From NCBI GenBank assembly GCA_040756765.1, contig JBFLYG010000002.1:30195-62194 (forward strand): a stretch of 32,000 bases of DNA, written 5' to 3'. Source of the stretch: Pseudomonadota bacterium (lineage in GTDB: Bacteria; Pseudomonadota; Alphaproteobacteria; Rhizobiales; Xanthobacteraceae). The notes under the pieces are model-generated. The model was not told the origin of the DNA and did no database searches. It saw nothing but the letters and a program-made list of their open reading frames with translations. This document shows positions 16,969 through 25,480 of this stretch, piece by piece (position 1 is the stretch's first letter; each line of letters begins with the position of its first letter). The position numbers and the translations under genes are program-made.

Positions 16969-17229
16969 ATGGCGACCGTGCACGTTCTTCAGGCCTCCTC
17001 CGCGGCGTTTGGAATCATTTCTGCGGTGTCTTGGTTCATTTCATCAAGAATCGTCATTCCCACACGGTATCTGAATCCGGGTACATTCCTGGTGCCCGGT
17101 TCGCAAACGCCTCGGAAGTTAGACCCAATCGTTTTGGCTCTTCGCACTCAGAGTAAATGGAGTGCTACTGGAGCAATGTCGGCTTCTGTTTCAGTTGTTC
17201 TCGGACTTGCGGCCAGTTGGCTTCCTTGA
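16969..17229 (+). CDS. Possible small membrane protein (86 aa, two hydrophobic segments)
   Basis: AAFGIISAVSWFISSRIV and AMSASVSVVLGLAASWL. No convincing RBS seen. Confidence 0.35.
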   Translation: MATVHVLQASSAAFGIISAVSWFISSRIVIPTRYLNPGTFLVPGSQTPRKLDPIVLALRTQSKWSATGAMSASVSVVLGLAASWLP

Positions 17230-17564
17230 TGTGATGTAGTTTGTCGGTAAGCTCTGCGGCATATTTTCATACCTCCTCCATTTGAAGGTGTGACTGCAGC
17301 CATTCTTTTCCTACCTTAGGCGGGGCCAATCTCTTGGAGGTAGTGACCATCAAGGGCCAGAGTTGAGCGGTGGGCCTAGGTATCCTGAAATTAGGGAGTC
17401 GGGCCAGCGGTCCCTCCAAAAATGATCGATGCCTTCGGATGGGGACTGGAGAATGATTTCAGGATACCCTTTCCATCCTGGGATAGCCCTCGGTCACAAG
17501 CCCACTCTTCTGTTGTATGTAGGCGTTTCGCGTCCGCGCAGCGGTCGTCCGCGGACATGCCCTA

Positions 17565-18566
17565 TTGTCCCCCCCCCCTCTTCCGGAGCCCCCTTTGCCC
17601 CCCACTATCCTCATCACCGGCACCAGCGGCTTTGTCGGCAGCGCGCTGGGGCGGGCGTTGCGTGCCAGGGGTTTTGAGGTTACGGGCGTCAGCCGGCGGC
17701 CGGCGCGGGCGGGGGCGGTGGATCGCCAGCTGCAGCACGATCTCGCCGCGCCGCTGCAGCCTGATCTGCCGCGCGCGGACATTGTCGTGCATGCCGCGGC
17801 GCTGGCCTCGCCCTGGGCGCGGCCGGCCGATTATCGCCGCAACATCGTCGATGCCACGCGCCACATGCTCGCCCATGCGCGGCGCACGGGGGCGGAGCAC
17901 TTTGTGCTGATCTCGACCACGGCGGTGCTCTATCGCGCCGGCGATCAGTTCGGCCTCACCGAGGACGATCCCTATCCCGCTGAGCCCATCAACGGCTATG
18001 CCGCAGCCAAGCGCGCGGCGGAGGAGGAGGTGCGCGCGGCGTGGCCCACCGCATCGATCCTGCGGCCGCGCGCGGTCTATGGCCCCGGCGACACCGTGCT
18101 GTTCCCCCGCATCCTCGATGCCGCGCGCAAGGGCGTGCTGCCGCGCATCGTGCGCGCCGATGGCGTCTCGCCGGTCGCCGATGTCGTCTACATCGACAAC
18201 CTCGTGCACGCCGTCGCCGTCGCGATCGCGCGGCGCCTCGCCGGCGTCGTCCATGTCACCGACGGCCAGCCGGTCGATACCGGCCATCTGCTCGCCGAGG
18301 TGCTCACGCGGCTCGGCATTCCCCAGCCGAAATTCCGCTGGTCCTATGCCAATGCGATGCGCCTCGCGGCGGTCGCCGAATGGGGCTCGCGCAACTTCTT
18401 CGGCTGGCGCGAGCCGCCGATCACGCGCTTCGGCGTCTCGGCGCTCACCCATTGCAAGACGTTTGCGCCACAGCGCATGCTGGCGCTGATCGGGCCGCCG
18501 CCGGTCACCACCGCAGAGGGCGTCGCCGCCTTCGTCGCCTGGCAGCAGGCCGGAGCGCCGCTGTGA
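17565..18566 (+). CDS. NAD(P)-dependent epimerase/dehydratase (extended SDR) family protein
   Basis: ILITGTSGFVGSAL Rossmann motif and YAAAK catalytic Y-x3-K. Start uncertain: TTG 17565 or TTG 17595. The Pro-rich N-terminus of the longer form is encoded by a C10 tract. Confidence 0.85.
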   Translation: MSPPPLPEPPLPPTILITGTSGFVGSALGRALRARGFEVTGVSRRPARAGAVDRQLQHDLAAPLQPDLPRADIVVHAAALASPWARPADYRRNIVDATRHMLAHARRTGAEHFVLISTTAVLYRAGDQFGLTEDDPYPAEPINGYAAAKRAAEEEVRAAWPTASILRPRAVYGPGDTVLFPRILDAARKGVLPRIVRADGVSPVADVVYIDNLVHAVAVAIARRLAGVVHVTDGQPVDTGHLLAEVLTRLGIPQPKFRWSYANAMRLAAVAEWGSRNFFGWREPPITRFGVSALTHCKTFAPQRMLALIGPPPVTTAEGVAAFVAWQQAGAPL

Positions 18567-19708
18567 CCCTCGCCTTCTGGCTCATCGCGGCTCTCTTCGT
18601 CGGCCTCGATCTCGTGCGCCGCACCCTGGCGCTGCGCGCCATCGCGGCGCAGGCGCAGGCGCAGCTTACCGCCGCGGCCGACGAGGCCGCCGTCACCGCG
18701 CTGCAGCCGATCCTCGGCGGCGATCCGGCGCTGCAGCAGTGCCTGGAAGCCAACCTGCGCAACGCGCCGCGGGCGCGCTTTCTCTGGCTGGTCGACGACG
18801 ATGATTTGGAGGGGCAGGCCGCCGCCCAGGCGGCGCTGGCCGCAACCCATCATCCCGCGACCACCCTCCTGCGCGCGCCGCGGCCGCCCGCCGGCCTCAA
18901 CCCCAAGAGCGTCAAGCTGGCGGCGGCGCTCGGCCATGTCGACACTGTCTTCGTCGCCGTGCTCGACGACGACACCATCCTGCCGCCGGGCACGCTCGGG
19001 GCCGTCGCGGCGCTGGCCGGCACGAGCGTGCTGGTCACCGGCCTGCCGCTCTATGCCGCGCGCGCCACGCTGGCGTCGCGCCTCGTCACCGGCTTCGTCA
19101 ACGCCAATTCGGCGCTCACCTATCTGCCGGCGGCGCGGCTCGGGCTGGCGCGCACCATCAACGGCATGTTCTCGCTGATGCGCACCGAGGATCTGCGCGC
19201 GCGCGGCGGCTTTGCGCGCATCGTCCACGAGGTCACCGACGATTATGCGCTGGCGCGCCTGTTCCTCGATGCCGGCGGCCGCATCGTGCAGGCGGTCGCC
19301 CCCGTCACGGTGATCACCACGGTGCGCGGGGGGCGCCACTGGCTCGCGCTGATGCGGCGCTGGATGGTGTTCGCGCGGCTCTATCTCCGCGAGAACCTGT
19401 CGCCGGGGCTGGCGCTCCTCGTCGTGCTGCCGGAATTTCTGGCGCTGCCGCTGCTGCTCGCGGGCCTCTTCGTGTCCGCGCCAGCGGCGGCGCTCGCCGT
19501 CGTCCTGCTGGTGGCCAAGGCGCTGGCAACCCGCGCGCTGGTGTGGCGGCTCACCGGGCAGGCGCCGCCGCTGTCCGATGTGCCCTTCGAGATCGCCGCC
19601 GCGCTGCTGCTGCCGCTGCACGCGGTGTCGTCTTCTCTCGCGCCCCACCGCATCCGCTGGCGCAACCGCGACCTCACCCTCGACGGCCGGCGGATCGTCG
19701 ATGGCTGA
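18563..19708 (+). CDS. GT2-family glycosyltransferase, ceramide-glucosyltransferase/HpnI-like, membrane-bound
   Basis: GTG start overlaps the SDR stop (GTGA). AVLDDDTILPPG (DxD) and LMRRWMVF (R-x-x-RW type motif), with N- and C-terminal TM segments. This is the in-frame tail of ORF 18041..19708. Confidence 0.75.
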   Translation: MTLAFWLIAALFVGLDLVRRTLALRAIAAQAQAQLTAAADEAAVTALQPILGGDPALQQCLEANLRNAPRARFLWLVDDDDLEGQAAAQAALAATHHPATTLLRAPRPPAGLNPKSVKLAAALGHVDTVFVAVLDDDTILPPGTLGAVAALAGTSVLVTGLPLYAARATLASRLVTGFVNANSALTYLPAARLGLARTINGMFSLMRTEDLRARGGFARIVHEVTDDYALARLFLDAGGRIVQAVAPVTVITTVRGGRHWLALMRRWMVFARLYLRENLSPGLALLVVLPEFLALPLLLAGLFVSAPAAALAVVLLVAKALATRALVWRLTGQAPPLSDVPFEIAAALLLPLHAVSSSLAPHRIRWRNRDLTLDGRRIVDG

Positions 19709-20339
19709 TCCGTATGCCCAGCGGCTGGCGACGCTCGATCCCACCGGCTTCCTGCTGCCACGCGCCGCGCAGCGGCTCTGCCTGCTCACCGGCCAGAGCG
19801 ATTTCGCCACCAGCGCGCTGCCGCCGGACAAGCACGCCTTTCTCGCCGCCGTCGCGCCCCCCGGCGCGGTGGTGACGCCGGTCGGCTTTCCCTGGCATGC
19901 CTCATTCGCCGCGCCGTCCGCCGGGCCGGTGCCGCTGGCGCGCGCCAGCGTGCGCAACGCCCGGCAGTGGATCTGGGCGCGCCACAGCGCCGTCTATCGC
20001 GCCGCGCTCGCGACCATCGTCGGCACGCTGCTCGCCCGCACCGAGCAGCGCCTGCTGCTGGTCACCGGCAGCTGCGGCGTCGACCTGCTCACCGCAGCGC
20101 TCGCCCGCCTGCCGGCGCACGGCCCCGAGATTGTTGCGGCGATCGTCGGCCCCGCCGGCCGCGCGCCGCCCAAAGGCCGCCTGACCCGTGCGCTGGTGGT
20201 GCAAGGCCGCCGCGACATCTGGAGCCGCGCCCTGTGGCGCGGCGCAGTCGACGAACGGCCGCCGTGCGGCCATCTCGACTACTATGGCGATGCCGCCACC
20301 CGCGCCGCGATCGCGGCGTTCTTTGCGGAGGTGGGCTAA
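19701..20339 (+). CDS. Hypothetical 212-aa protein, translationally coupled to the GT2 gene (possibly alpha/beta-hydrolase-like)
   Basis: ATG overlaps the GT2 stop (ATGGCTGA). LLLVTGSCGVDLL resembles a nucleophile elbow, but the assignment is weak. Confidence 0.55.
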   Translation: MADPYAQRLATLDPTGFLLPRAAQRLCLLTGQSDFATSALPPDKHAFLAAVAPPGAVVTPVGFPWHASFAAPSAGPVPLARASVRNARQWIWARHSAVYRAALATIVGTLLARTEQRLLLVTGSCGVDLLTAALARLPAHGPEIVAAIVGPAGRAPPKGRLTRALVVQGRRDIWSRALWRGAVDERPPCGHLDYYGDAATRAAIAAFFAEVG

Positions 20340-20435
20340 GGCGGGGTGAGGGTGAGGTTGAGCTGCCATCCGTCATCCGGGAACGGGTTCGGCGTGGTGG
20401 CTTTAGGTCCTCTATGGGACATAATAGGGCTCTAC

Positions 20436-20636
20436 ATTTTCGGCGTCATCACCGGGCCGGCGCGAAGCGCCGAGACAGTCCAAGCCGGATGTTTCCGGCT
20501 TGGACCATCAAAGAACGCAACTCGGCTGAGCCGAGTTGCTATGGATCCAGCTTCAAAGCTTACGTTTTGCTATGACCAAGCTGGATTGCCGGGTCTTCGC
20601 CCGGCAATGACGAAGTGGGTGTGGCGAGCTTCGAGA
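20436..20636 (+). repeat. REP-like repeat (type B, copy 2) carrying a nested 66-nt double-hairpin insertion (20477-20542)
   Basis: Direct comparison with the uninterrupted copy at 24181-24325. Confidence 0.8.
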
Positions 20637-20646
20637 TTCTCTCGCA

Positions 20647-21963
20647 ATGGCCTATGAGAGACGTGCCGAGAAAGAGGGGAGGCCCTTGCACGACGCCACA
20701 CCATCGAAACCCCTGCGCATCGCCTTTGTCGCGCCGCCCTTCGCCGGCCATCTCAATCCGCTGCTGGCGCTGGTCGAGGCGGCGCGCGATGCCGGGCATG
20801 ATGTGCGCGTGATCACCGGCGCGCGCAAGCGCGCCGCGGTCGAGGGGCGCGGACTTGCGGCGGTGACGCTCGATTGCCTCGCAGGGCCGATGCTCGAAGA
20901 CATCGCCGACACCGCGGCGCCGGTGCGCGGCCATCCCGGCCGGCTGCTCGCCCAGCTGCGCCGCTCGCTCGCCGTCGCTCTGCTGGCGCGCGACGAGCTG
21001 CTCGGCCTGTGGCGCGCGGCGCCGCCGGACCTCGTGGTCGCCGATTCCGTCGCGGTGTCCGCCGGGCTCGCCGCCACCGCGCTCGGCATTCCCTGGATCA
21101 CCACCATCGCGACGCCGTTCGCCATCGAAGGCCGCCGCGGCCCGCCGTCCTATCTCGGCGGCTGGGGCGCGGGCGACGGCGCGCTGCATCGCCTGCGCGA
21201 TGCCGCGGGCTGGGCGTTCGTCCGCACCATGAAGAGGGCGTTGGCGTTCGCGGCGCGCCGCGAGCTCGCGGCGCTTGGCGCGCAGCTCTACCGCCCCGAC
21301 GGCAGCGAGACCTGCTATTCGCCGACATCCATTCTCGGCTTCGGCCTGACGGAGCTGGAATTCGCACGCGACTGGCCGGCGGCGTTCCAGATGATCGGGC
21401 CGCTCACCCCAAACCCGGAGGCGGTCGCGCCGCCGGCCTTGCCGCCGGGGCGGCCGCGCGTGCTGGTCACGCTCGGCACCCATCTGCCCTGGGCCAAGGC
21501 GACGCTCGCCGACGATCTCGCCCGCCTTGCCGCGGCGCGGCCAGGCGTCACTTTTGTCGGCAGCCTCGGCACCGCGGAGGCGGGCCTTGCGGCAAGGCCG
21601 CTCGCTGACAACGCCGTGCTGCTGCCGTTCGTGCCCTATGACGCGCAGCTCGCGGCATTCGATGCGGTGATCCATCATGGCGGCGCCGGCATCACCTATG
21701 CCGCGATCGCCGCCGCCAAGCCGGCGCTGGTCGTGCCGCACGACTATGACCAGTTCGACTATGCGGCGCGCGTCGTCGCCAAGGGCGCGGGCCTGCGCGC
21801 AACGCGCCTTGTCAGCGACGCGACGTGTGCCGCGCTCGACCGCGTGCTGCAGCCGCAGCTGTTTCCGGCGCTGCCCGCGCTCGCCCGCGCTGCGGCGCGC
21901 TACCGGCCGCGCGCCGCGTTCCTCGCCGAGGTCGACAGGGTGGTCGGCGCGCACAGCCGCTGA
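20647..21963 (+). CDS. GT1-family UDP-glycosyltransferase (MGT/CrtX-like)
   Basis: N-terminal RIAFVAPPFAGHLNPLLAL and C-terminal HHGGAGITYAAIAAAKPALVVPHDYDQFDYA, the UDPGT signature. Confidence 0.8.
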   Translation: MAYERRAEKEGRPLHDATPSKPLRIAFVAPPFAGHLNPLLALVEAARDAGHDVRVITGARKRAAVEGRGLAAVTLDCLAGPMLEDIADTAAPVRGHPGRLLAQLRRSLAVALLARDELLGLWRAAPPDLVVADSVAVSAGLAATALGIPWITTIATPFAIEGRRGPPSYLGGWGAGDGALHRLRDAAGWAFVRTMKRALAFAARRELAALGAQLYRPDGSETCYSPTSILGFGLTELEFARDWPAAFQMIGPLTPNPEAVAPPALPPGRPRVLVTLGTHLPWAKATLADDLARLAAARPGVTFVGSLGTAEAGLAARPLADNAVLLPFVPYDAQLAAFDAVIHHGGAGITYAAIAAAKPALVVPHDYDQFDYAARVVAKGAGLRATRLVSDATCAALDRVLQPQLFPALPALARAAARYRPRAAFLAEVDRVVGAHSR

Positions 21964-23165
21964 GCCAGAACATCGTCGCCGAGCGGGATGCGCCGCTCAA
22001 AGCGGCGGAATTTGTCGTCGAGCGGCGGCAGCACCAGCGGCACTGTCGTGACATCACATTCGCAGCAGCTCTTCGCGGCCTCCACCGCGCGGCGGACGTT
22101 ATCGGCAGCAAGATGCTCCGGCAGGTGCAGCGTCATGCGCGCGGCGTCGGTCTGCACCAGGCGGAACGGCGCGCCGTCGAGCGCCGGCGCGATCTCCTGA
22201 TGGACGGCGCGCGGAAACAGCAGTCTGCCCGATGGCGCCAGGAGCACATCCGACAGGCGGCCCTCGATCGCCGCGATCGCCGGCAGCGCCGAGCCGCACG
22301 GGCACGGCCCGTCGCTTTCCATCGCGATGTCGTCGGTGCGATAGCGCAGCAGGCGCTGCGGGCCATGGCGCGTCATGTCGGTGACGATGGGGATGAAGCG
22401 GTCGGGCGCCGCGACGAACGACGCGCGCTCGAACTGCACGATGTCGACATTGAGATGCAGCCGGCCATGGGCGCAGCTCGCGCCGAAAAACCCTTCCGCC
22501 GCCTGGTAGACCTGGCGCACCGGCGCGCCGAGCCGGGCGCGCAGCACGGCTGCGTCCTCCGGCCACAGCGGCTCGCCGCCGGCGACGACGAGGCGGACCT
22601 GCCACGGTGCGCGCGCAAAGGTCGCGCTCTCGACAATGCGCCGCAGCGCGAATGGCGGGCCGACAATGATGTTGGGGCGGAACGCGGCGAGGCCTGCGGC
22701 GATCGCCTCTTCGCCGCGTCCGAGCGGGAAGAACGCGGTGCGCCTCTGCGTCTGGTGATAGAGGCGGCTGTCGTGGCGCAGCAGCACCGCGACGCGCCCT
22801 GCGCGCACGAAGTCGACGAGCTCGCCGGTCGTCAGCACGCGGGCGAGAAACGTGCCGAGCCAGCGCGCGCGGTCGCGCTGGGAGGCGATGAAGACGCCGG
22901 GCGTGCCGAGCGTGCCGGTGGACAGCCCGAAGCTGACGGCATGGCCCGTCGGCTCGCCCGCCGCCTCGCGCCGCGCCAGCTCGCGCGCCTGCGGCAGGTC
23001 AAGGCCGAGCGTGTTCCAGGCGGCGAAGTCTGTGCGATAGTCCGCGGGGCTGATGACGGGCGCCGACGGATCGGGCGGCGTGCCGCCGGCGGCCGAGAGC
23101 CAGCGCGGCGAGCGCGCCCGCAGCTTCGCACGCGCGAACGCCGTCAGGGCCTCAAGCGAGTTCAC
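21900..23165 (-). CDS. Adenylate-forming enzyme of the PaaK / coenzyme F390 synthetase-related type
   Basis: LSTGTLGTPGVF is the (S/T)(S/T)G(T/S)xGxP AMP-binding P-loop motif. About 421 aa from GTG 23165, overlapping the MBL stop by 14 nt. The longer N-terminus in ORF 21900..23513 is Arg/Ser/Pro junk overlapping the MBL gene. Confidence 0.7.
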   Translation of the reverse strand: MNSLEALTAFARAKLRARSPRWLSAAGGTPPDPSAPVISPADYRTDFAAWNTLGLDLPQARELARREAAGEPTGHAVSFGLSTGTLGTPGVFIASQRDRARWLGTFLARVLTTGELVDFVRAGRVAVLLRHDSRLYHQTQRRTAFFPLGRGEEAIAAGLAAFRPNIIVGPPFALRRIVESATFARAPWQVRLVVAGGEPLWPEDAAVLRARLGAPVRQVYQAAEGFFGASCAHGRLHLNVDIVQFERASFVAAPDRFIPIVTDMTRHGPQRLLRYRTDDIAMESDGPCPCGSALPAIAAIEGRLSDVLLAPSGRLLFPRAVHQEIAPALDGAPFRLVQTDAARMTLHLPEHLAADNVRRAVEAAKSCCECDVTTVPLVLPPLDDKFRRFERRIPLGDDVLAQRLCAPTTLSTSARNAARGR

Positions 23166-24000
23166 GCCGCGTGTCCTCGATCGCGGTGAAGCAGTGCGAC
23201 GGCACCACCAGCACGTCGGGGCGCTGCTGCGCGAAGCGCTGCAACTGCGCCAGGGTCTGCCGGTAGGCCGCGTAGTCGTCGATGAAGGCGCGCGCCGCTG
23301 CCAGCGGCTCGAGCCGCTCGCGGTAGCACAGCGACAGCCAGGCGGCGTCGGCGGCGAGGAACACCTCGCGCCCGCCATGGGTCTCGATCCGGATGCCGAA
23401 ATGCCCCGGCGCATGGCCGGGCAGCGGCACCGCGAGCACGCTGCGGTCGCCGAAGATGTCGGCGCCCTCGGCAAACGCCTCGTCGCGCGTGGTGACTGTG
23501 GCGTGCGGCGCATCCTCGAAGAAGTCGGCGCGCGCGCCGAGGTCGGCCGGAAACAGGTCGCGGATCAGCCCCGCCCGCAGCCGCGCGCCGAAGCCGGCCG
23601 GCGCCCGCGCGTCGAATGCTTGCCGCGACAGATAGACCTTGGTGGCCGGAAAGTCCGTCAGGCCGCCGGCGTGATCGGGATGGAGGTGCGACAGCACGAT
23701 GGCATGGACGTCGCCGGCTGCGATGCCCGCGGCGGCGAGCTGGTGCACGCAGGCCTCGCCCGGCGCGAGGCGATAGGGCAGCACGCGCCGGTACAGCCGC
23801 GCCACCGGATCGGTCGCCGTGCGCAGCGCCTCGCCATAGCCGGTGTCGAACAGCACCGCGCCGCGCGTCGGATGGCTGATGCGCCCGACCAGCGCCGGAA
23901 ACGTGGTGCGGCCGAGCTCCGGCCGCCCCGTCACCATGCAGGTCGGATGCTGGCAGCTGCCGCAGACGATGAGATCGAGCCCGACGCGCACGATGGTCAT
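23152..24000 (-). CDS. MBL-fold metallo-hydrolase
   Basis: IVLSHLHPDHAGG (HxHxDH) and a later GHAPGH. Start placed at ATG 24000 (MTIVRVGLDL). Confidence 0.85.
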   Translation of the reverse strand: MTIVRVGLDLIVCGSCQHPTCMVTGRPELGRTTFPALVGRISHPTRGAVLFDTGYGEALRTATDPVARLYRRVLPYRLAPGEACVHQLAAAGIAAGDVHAIVLSHLHPDHAGGLTDFPATKVYLSRQAFDARAPAGFGARLRAGLIRDLFPADLGARADFFEDAPHATVTTRDEAFAEGADIFGDRSVLAVPLPGHAPGHFGIRIETHGGREVFLAADAAWLSLCYRERLEPLAAARAFIDDYAAYRQTLAQLQRFAQQRPDVLVVPSHCFTAIEDTRRELA

Positions 24001-24069
24001 TCCCAATGAGTTCGAGGACAAGGATCTAACACAATGCCGCGCGACATTCCCGGCGTCATCCCCCGCAGG

Positions 24070-24325
24070 CGTCATCTCCCGTAGCCCGGGTGAGCGAAGC
24101 GATACCCGGGACCGCGGCCCCCACCTCCCCGCATATCGCTGCGCTCATGCGGGCTACGCGCTGGGACACGATGCGACTCCACATTTTCAGCGTCATCACC
24201 GGGCCGGCGCGAAGCGCCGAGACCCGGTGATCCAGCTTCAACGGATTCACGTTGCGCCGTGAGCAAGCTGGATTGCCGGATCAAGTCCGGCAATGACGCC
24301 GTGGGTGTGGCGAGCTTCGAAGCCG
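24070..24325. repeat. Cluster of REP-type hairpins (two type C units plus type B copy 3) between the KAS III and MBL genes
   Basis: gtagcccgggtgagcgaagcgatacccggg, then ccccgcatatcgctgcgctcatgcgggctac, then cagcgtcatcaccgggccggcgcgaagcgccgagacccggtgatccagcttcaa... Confidence 0.8.
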
Positions 24326-24364
24326 AGCCGGACAACCTTGGGCGCGGTGCCCGCTTCGCTCGCG

Positions 24365-25345
24365 CTAATACCTGAACACCATCGCCCCCATGCCGAAGCC
24401 GGCGGCGGTGCCGAGGAGGAGGCCGAGGTCGCCGCGGCGCAGGCGGCCGGTGGTGATGGCGTGGTGGAGCGTGGTCGGCAGCGACGCGCTCACCTGGTTG
24501 CCGTGATCGGCGAGGATGTCCACCATTGCCGCGCCCTTGGCGCCGAGCAGGCGCTTGAGAAAGCGCAGGCCGAGGCGGCTCGCCTGGTGCGGCATCACGC
24601 AGGCGATGTCGTCGAGCCGGACGCCGGCTTCGTCCAGCACCCGGGTGATAAAGTCCGGCAGCCGCTCCATGGCAAGGCGCGCCAGCGCCGCGCCGTTCAT
24701 GCGGAACAGATAATCTTGCTCGGACGGAGGCGGCCGCCGCGGATTCCAGCGCGAGCCGCCGGCGGGGATTTCGCAGAGATGCGCGCCGTCGGGATAGGTT
24801 TCGAGGCGGATGGCGAGGATCGCGGACGCACCGTCCGAGCGCCGCAGCACCGCCGCCGCGGCGCCGTCGCCGAACAGCGGCGCGGTTGCCGGGTCTTCGC
24901 GATCGAGGCCGAGGGTTGCGGTCTCCACCGCCACCACGGCGGCCTTCGTGGAGGTGCCGAGCGTGATCGCCGCCGCCGCGCCCTCGACCGCCTGCAGGAA
25001 GCCGAGGCACGAGGCATTGACGTCATAGGCGGTGATGCCGTCGAGGCCGAGGCGACGCGCGGTCAGCGCCGCGGTGGTCGGGATCGGCTGCTCGGCCATG
25101 ATCGACGTCACCACCAGGCGATCGAGCGCACCGGTGGCGTCGCCGGCGAGCGCCGCGCGCACCGCCTCGCTCGACATCAGCGACGCGCACTCGTCCTCCG
25201 TCGCCGCGTGGCGGCGGGCGACCCCGGTCAGCTTCTCGCTGCGCCCGCGCGGCCAGGCGTTGGCGGCATCGATGTCGGCGGAGGCGATCGTGGTGCGCGG
25301 CGTGTAGAGGCCGGTCGCGGCGATGGCTACGGGGAAGACCGTCAT
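24365..25345 (-). CDS. 3-oxoacyl-ACP synthase III (FabH-like KAS III) family condensing enzyme
   Basis: Start ATG 25345 (MTVFPVAIAATG). Catalytic triad contexts present: NASCLGF (Cys), MPHQAS (His), HGNQVSASLP (Asn). Confidence 0.85.
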   Translation of the reverse strand: MTVFPVAIAATGLYTPRTTIASADIDAANAWPRGRSEKLTGVARRHAATEDECASLMSSEAVRAALAGDATGALDRLVVTSIMAEQPIPTTAALTARRLGLDGITAYDVNASCLGFLQAVEGAAAAITLGTSTKAAVVAVETATLGLDREDPATAPLFGDGAAAAVLRRSDGASAILAIRLETYPDGAHLCEIPAGGSRWNPRRPPPSEQDYLFRMNGAALARLAMERLPDFITRVLDEAGVRLDDIACVMPHQASRLGLRFLKRLLGAKGAAMVDILADHGNQVSASLPTTLHHAITTGRLRRGDLGLLLGTAAGFGMGAMVFRY

Positions 25346-25480
25346 GCGTCGTGCGCGAGCCCCAACATGCAAAGAGGTCACTCTAGGGGGCGCGGCCGGG
25401 AGACACAACCGCCGCGGCCCTCGACGGCCGGGGACTTGCGCCCTATCTCAGGGGAGGATGCAGGCGATGGAGAGCGTGTC

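Larger units (their letters stand above)
5166..17560. mobile_element. Putative integrated genomic island at tRNA-Ser (boundaries approximate, right end uncertain)
   Basis: Starts at the tRNA 3-prime end with an integrase remnant adjacent and a second integrase inside. No REP elements inside, although they are dense on both flanks. Spot GC counts of single 60-nt lines: 43% (12481), 57% (12001) and 65% (9241), versus 80% (18601). Confidence 0.7.

Noticed and set aside
16814-17074. 86-aa plus-strand ORF
   Set aside because: It overlaps the more plausible two-TM small ORF (16969..17229) in another frame. Its second half is Pro/Arg/Ser-rich and it has no RBS.
17230-17600. A clean direct repeat of the tRNA-Ser 3-prime end marking attR
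   Set aside because: I found only short imperfect matches (tccctcc at about 17411; ccctcttccg at about 17576). These are not enough to call an att site by eye, so it is reported only as a tentative finding.
18344-19957. 537-aa minus-strand ORF, and the N-terminal 174 codons of plus-strand ORF 18041..19708
   Set aside because: Both are Arg/Pro/Gly-rich out-of-frame shadows of the SDR and GT2 genes. The real GT2 begins at GTG 18563, coupled to the SDR stop.
20560-23189. 464-aa minus ORF (20560..21954) and 454-aa plus ORF (21825..23189)
   Set aside because: Antisense shadows of the GT1 and adenylating-enzyme genes. They have no motifs and extreme Arg/Ala/Gly content.
24293-25480. First about 396 codons of plus ORF 24293..26098
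   Set aside because: Antisense to the KAS III gene, which has an intact Cys/His/Asn triad. Only the portion from ATG 25481 (the methyltransferase) is credible.
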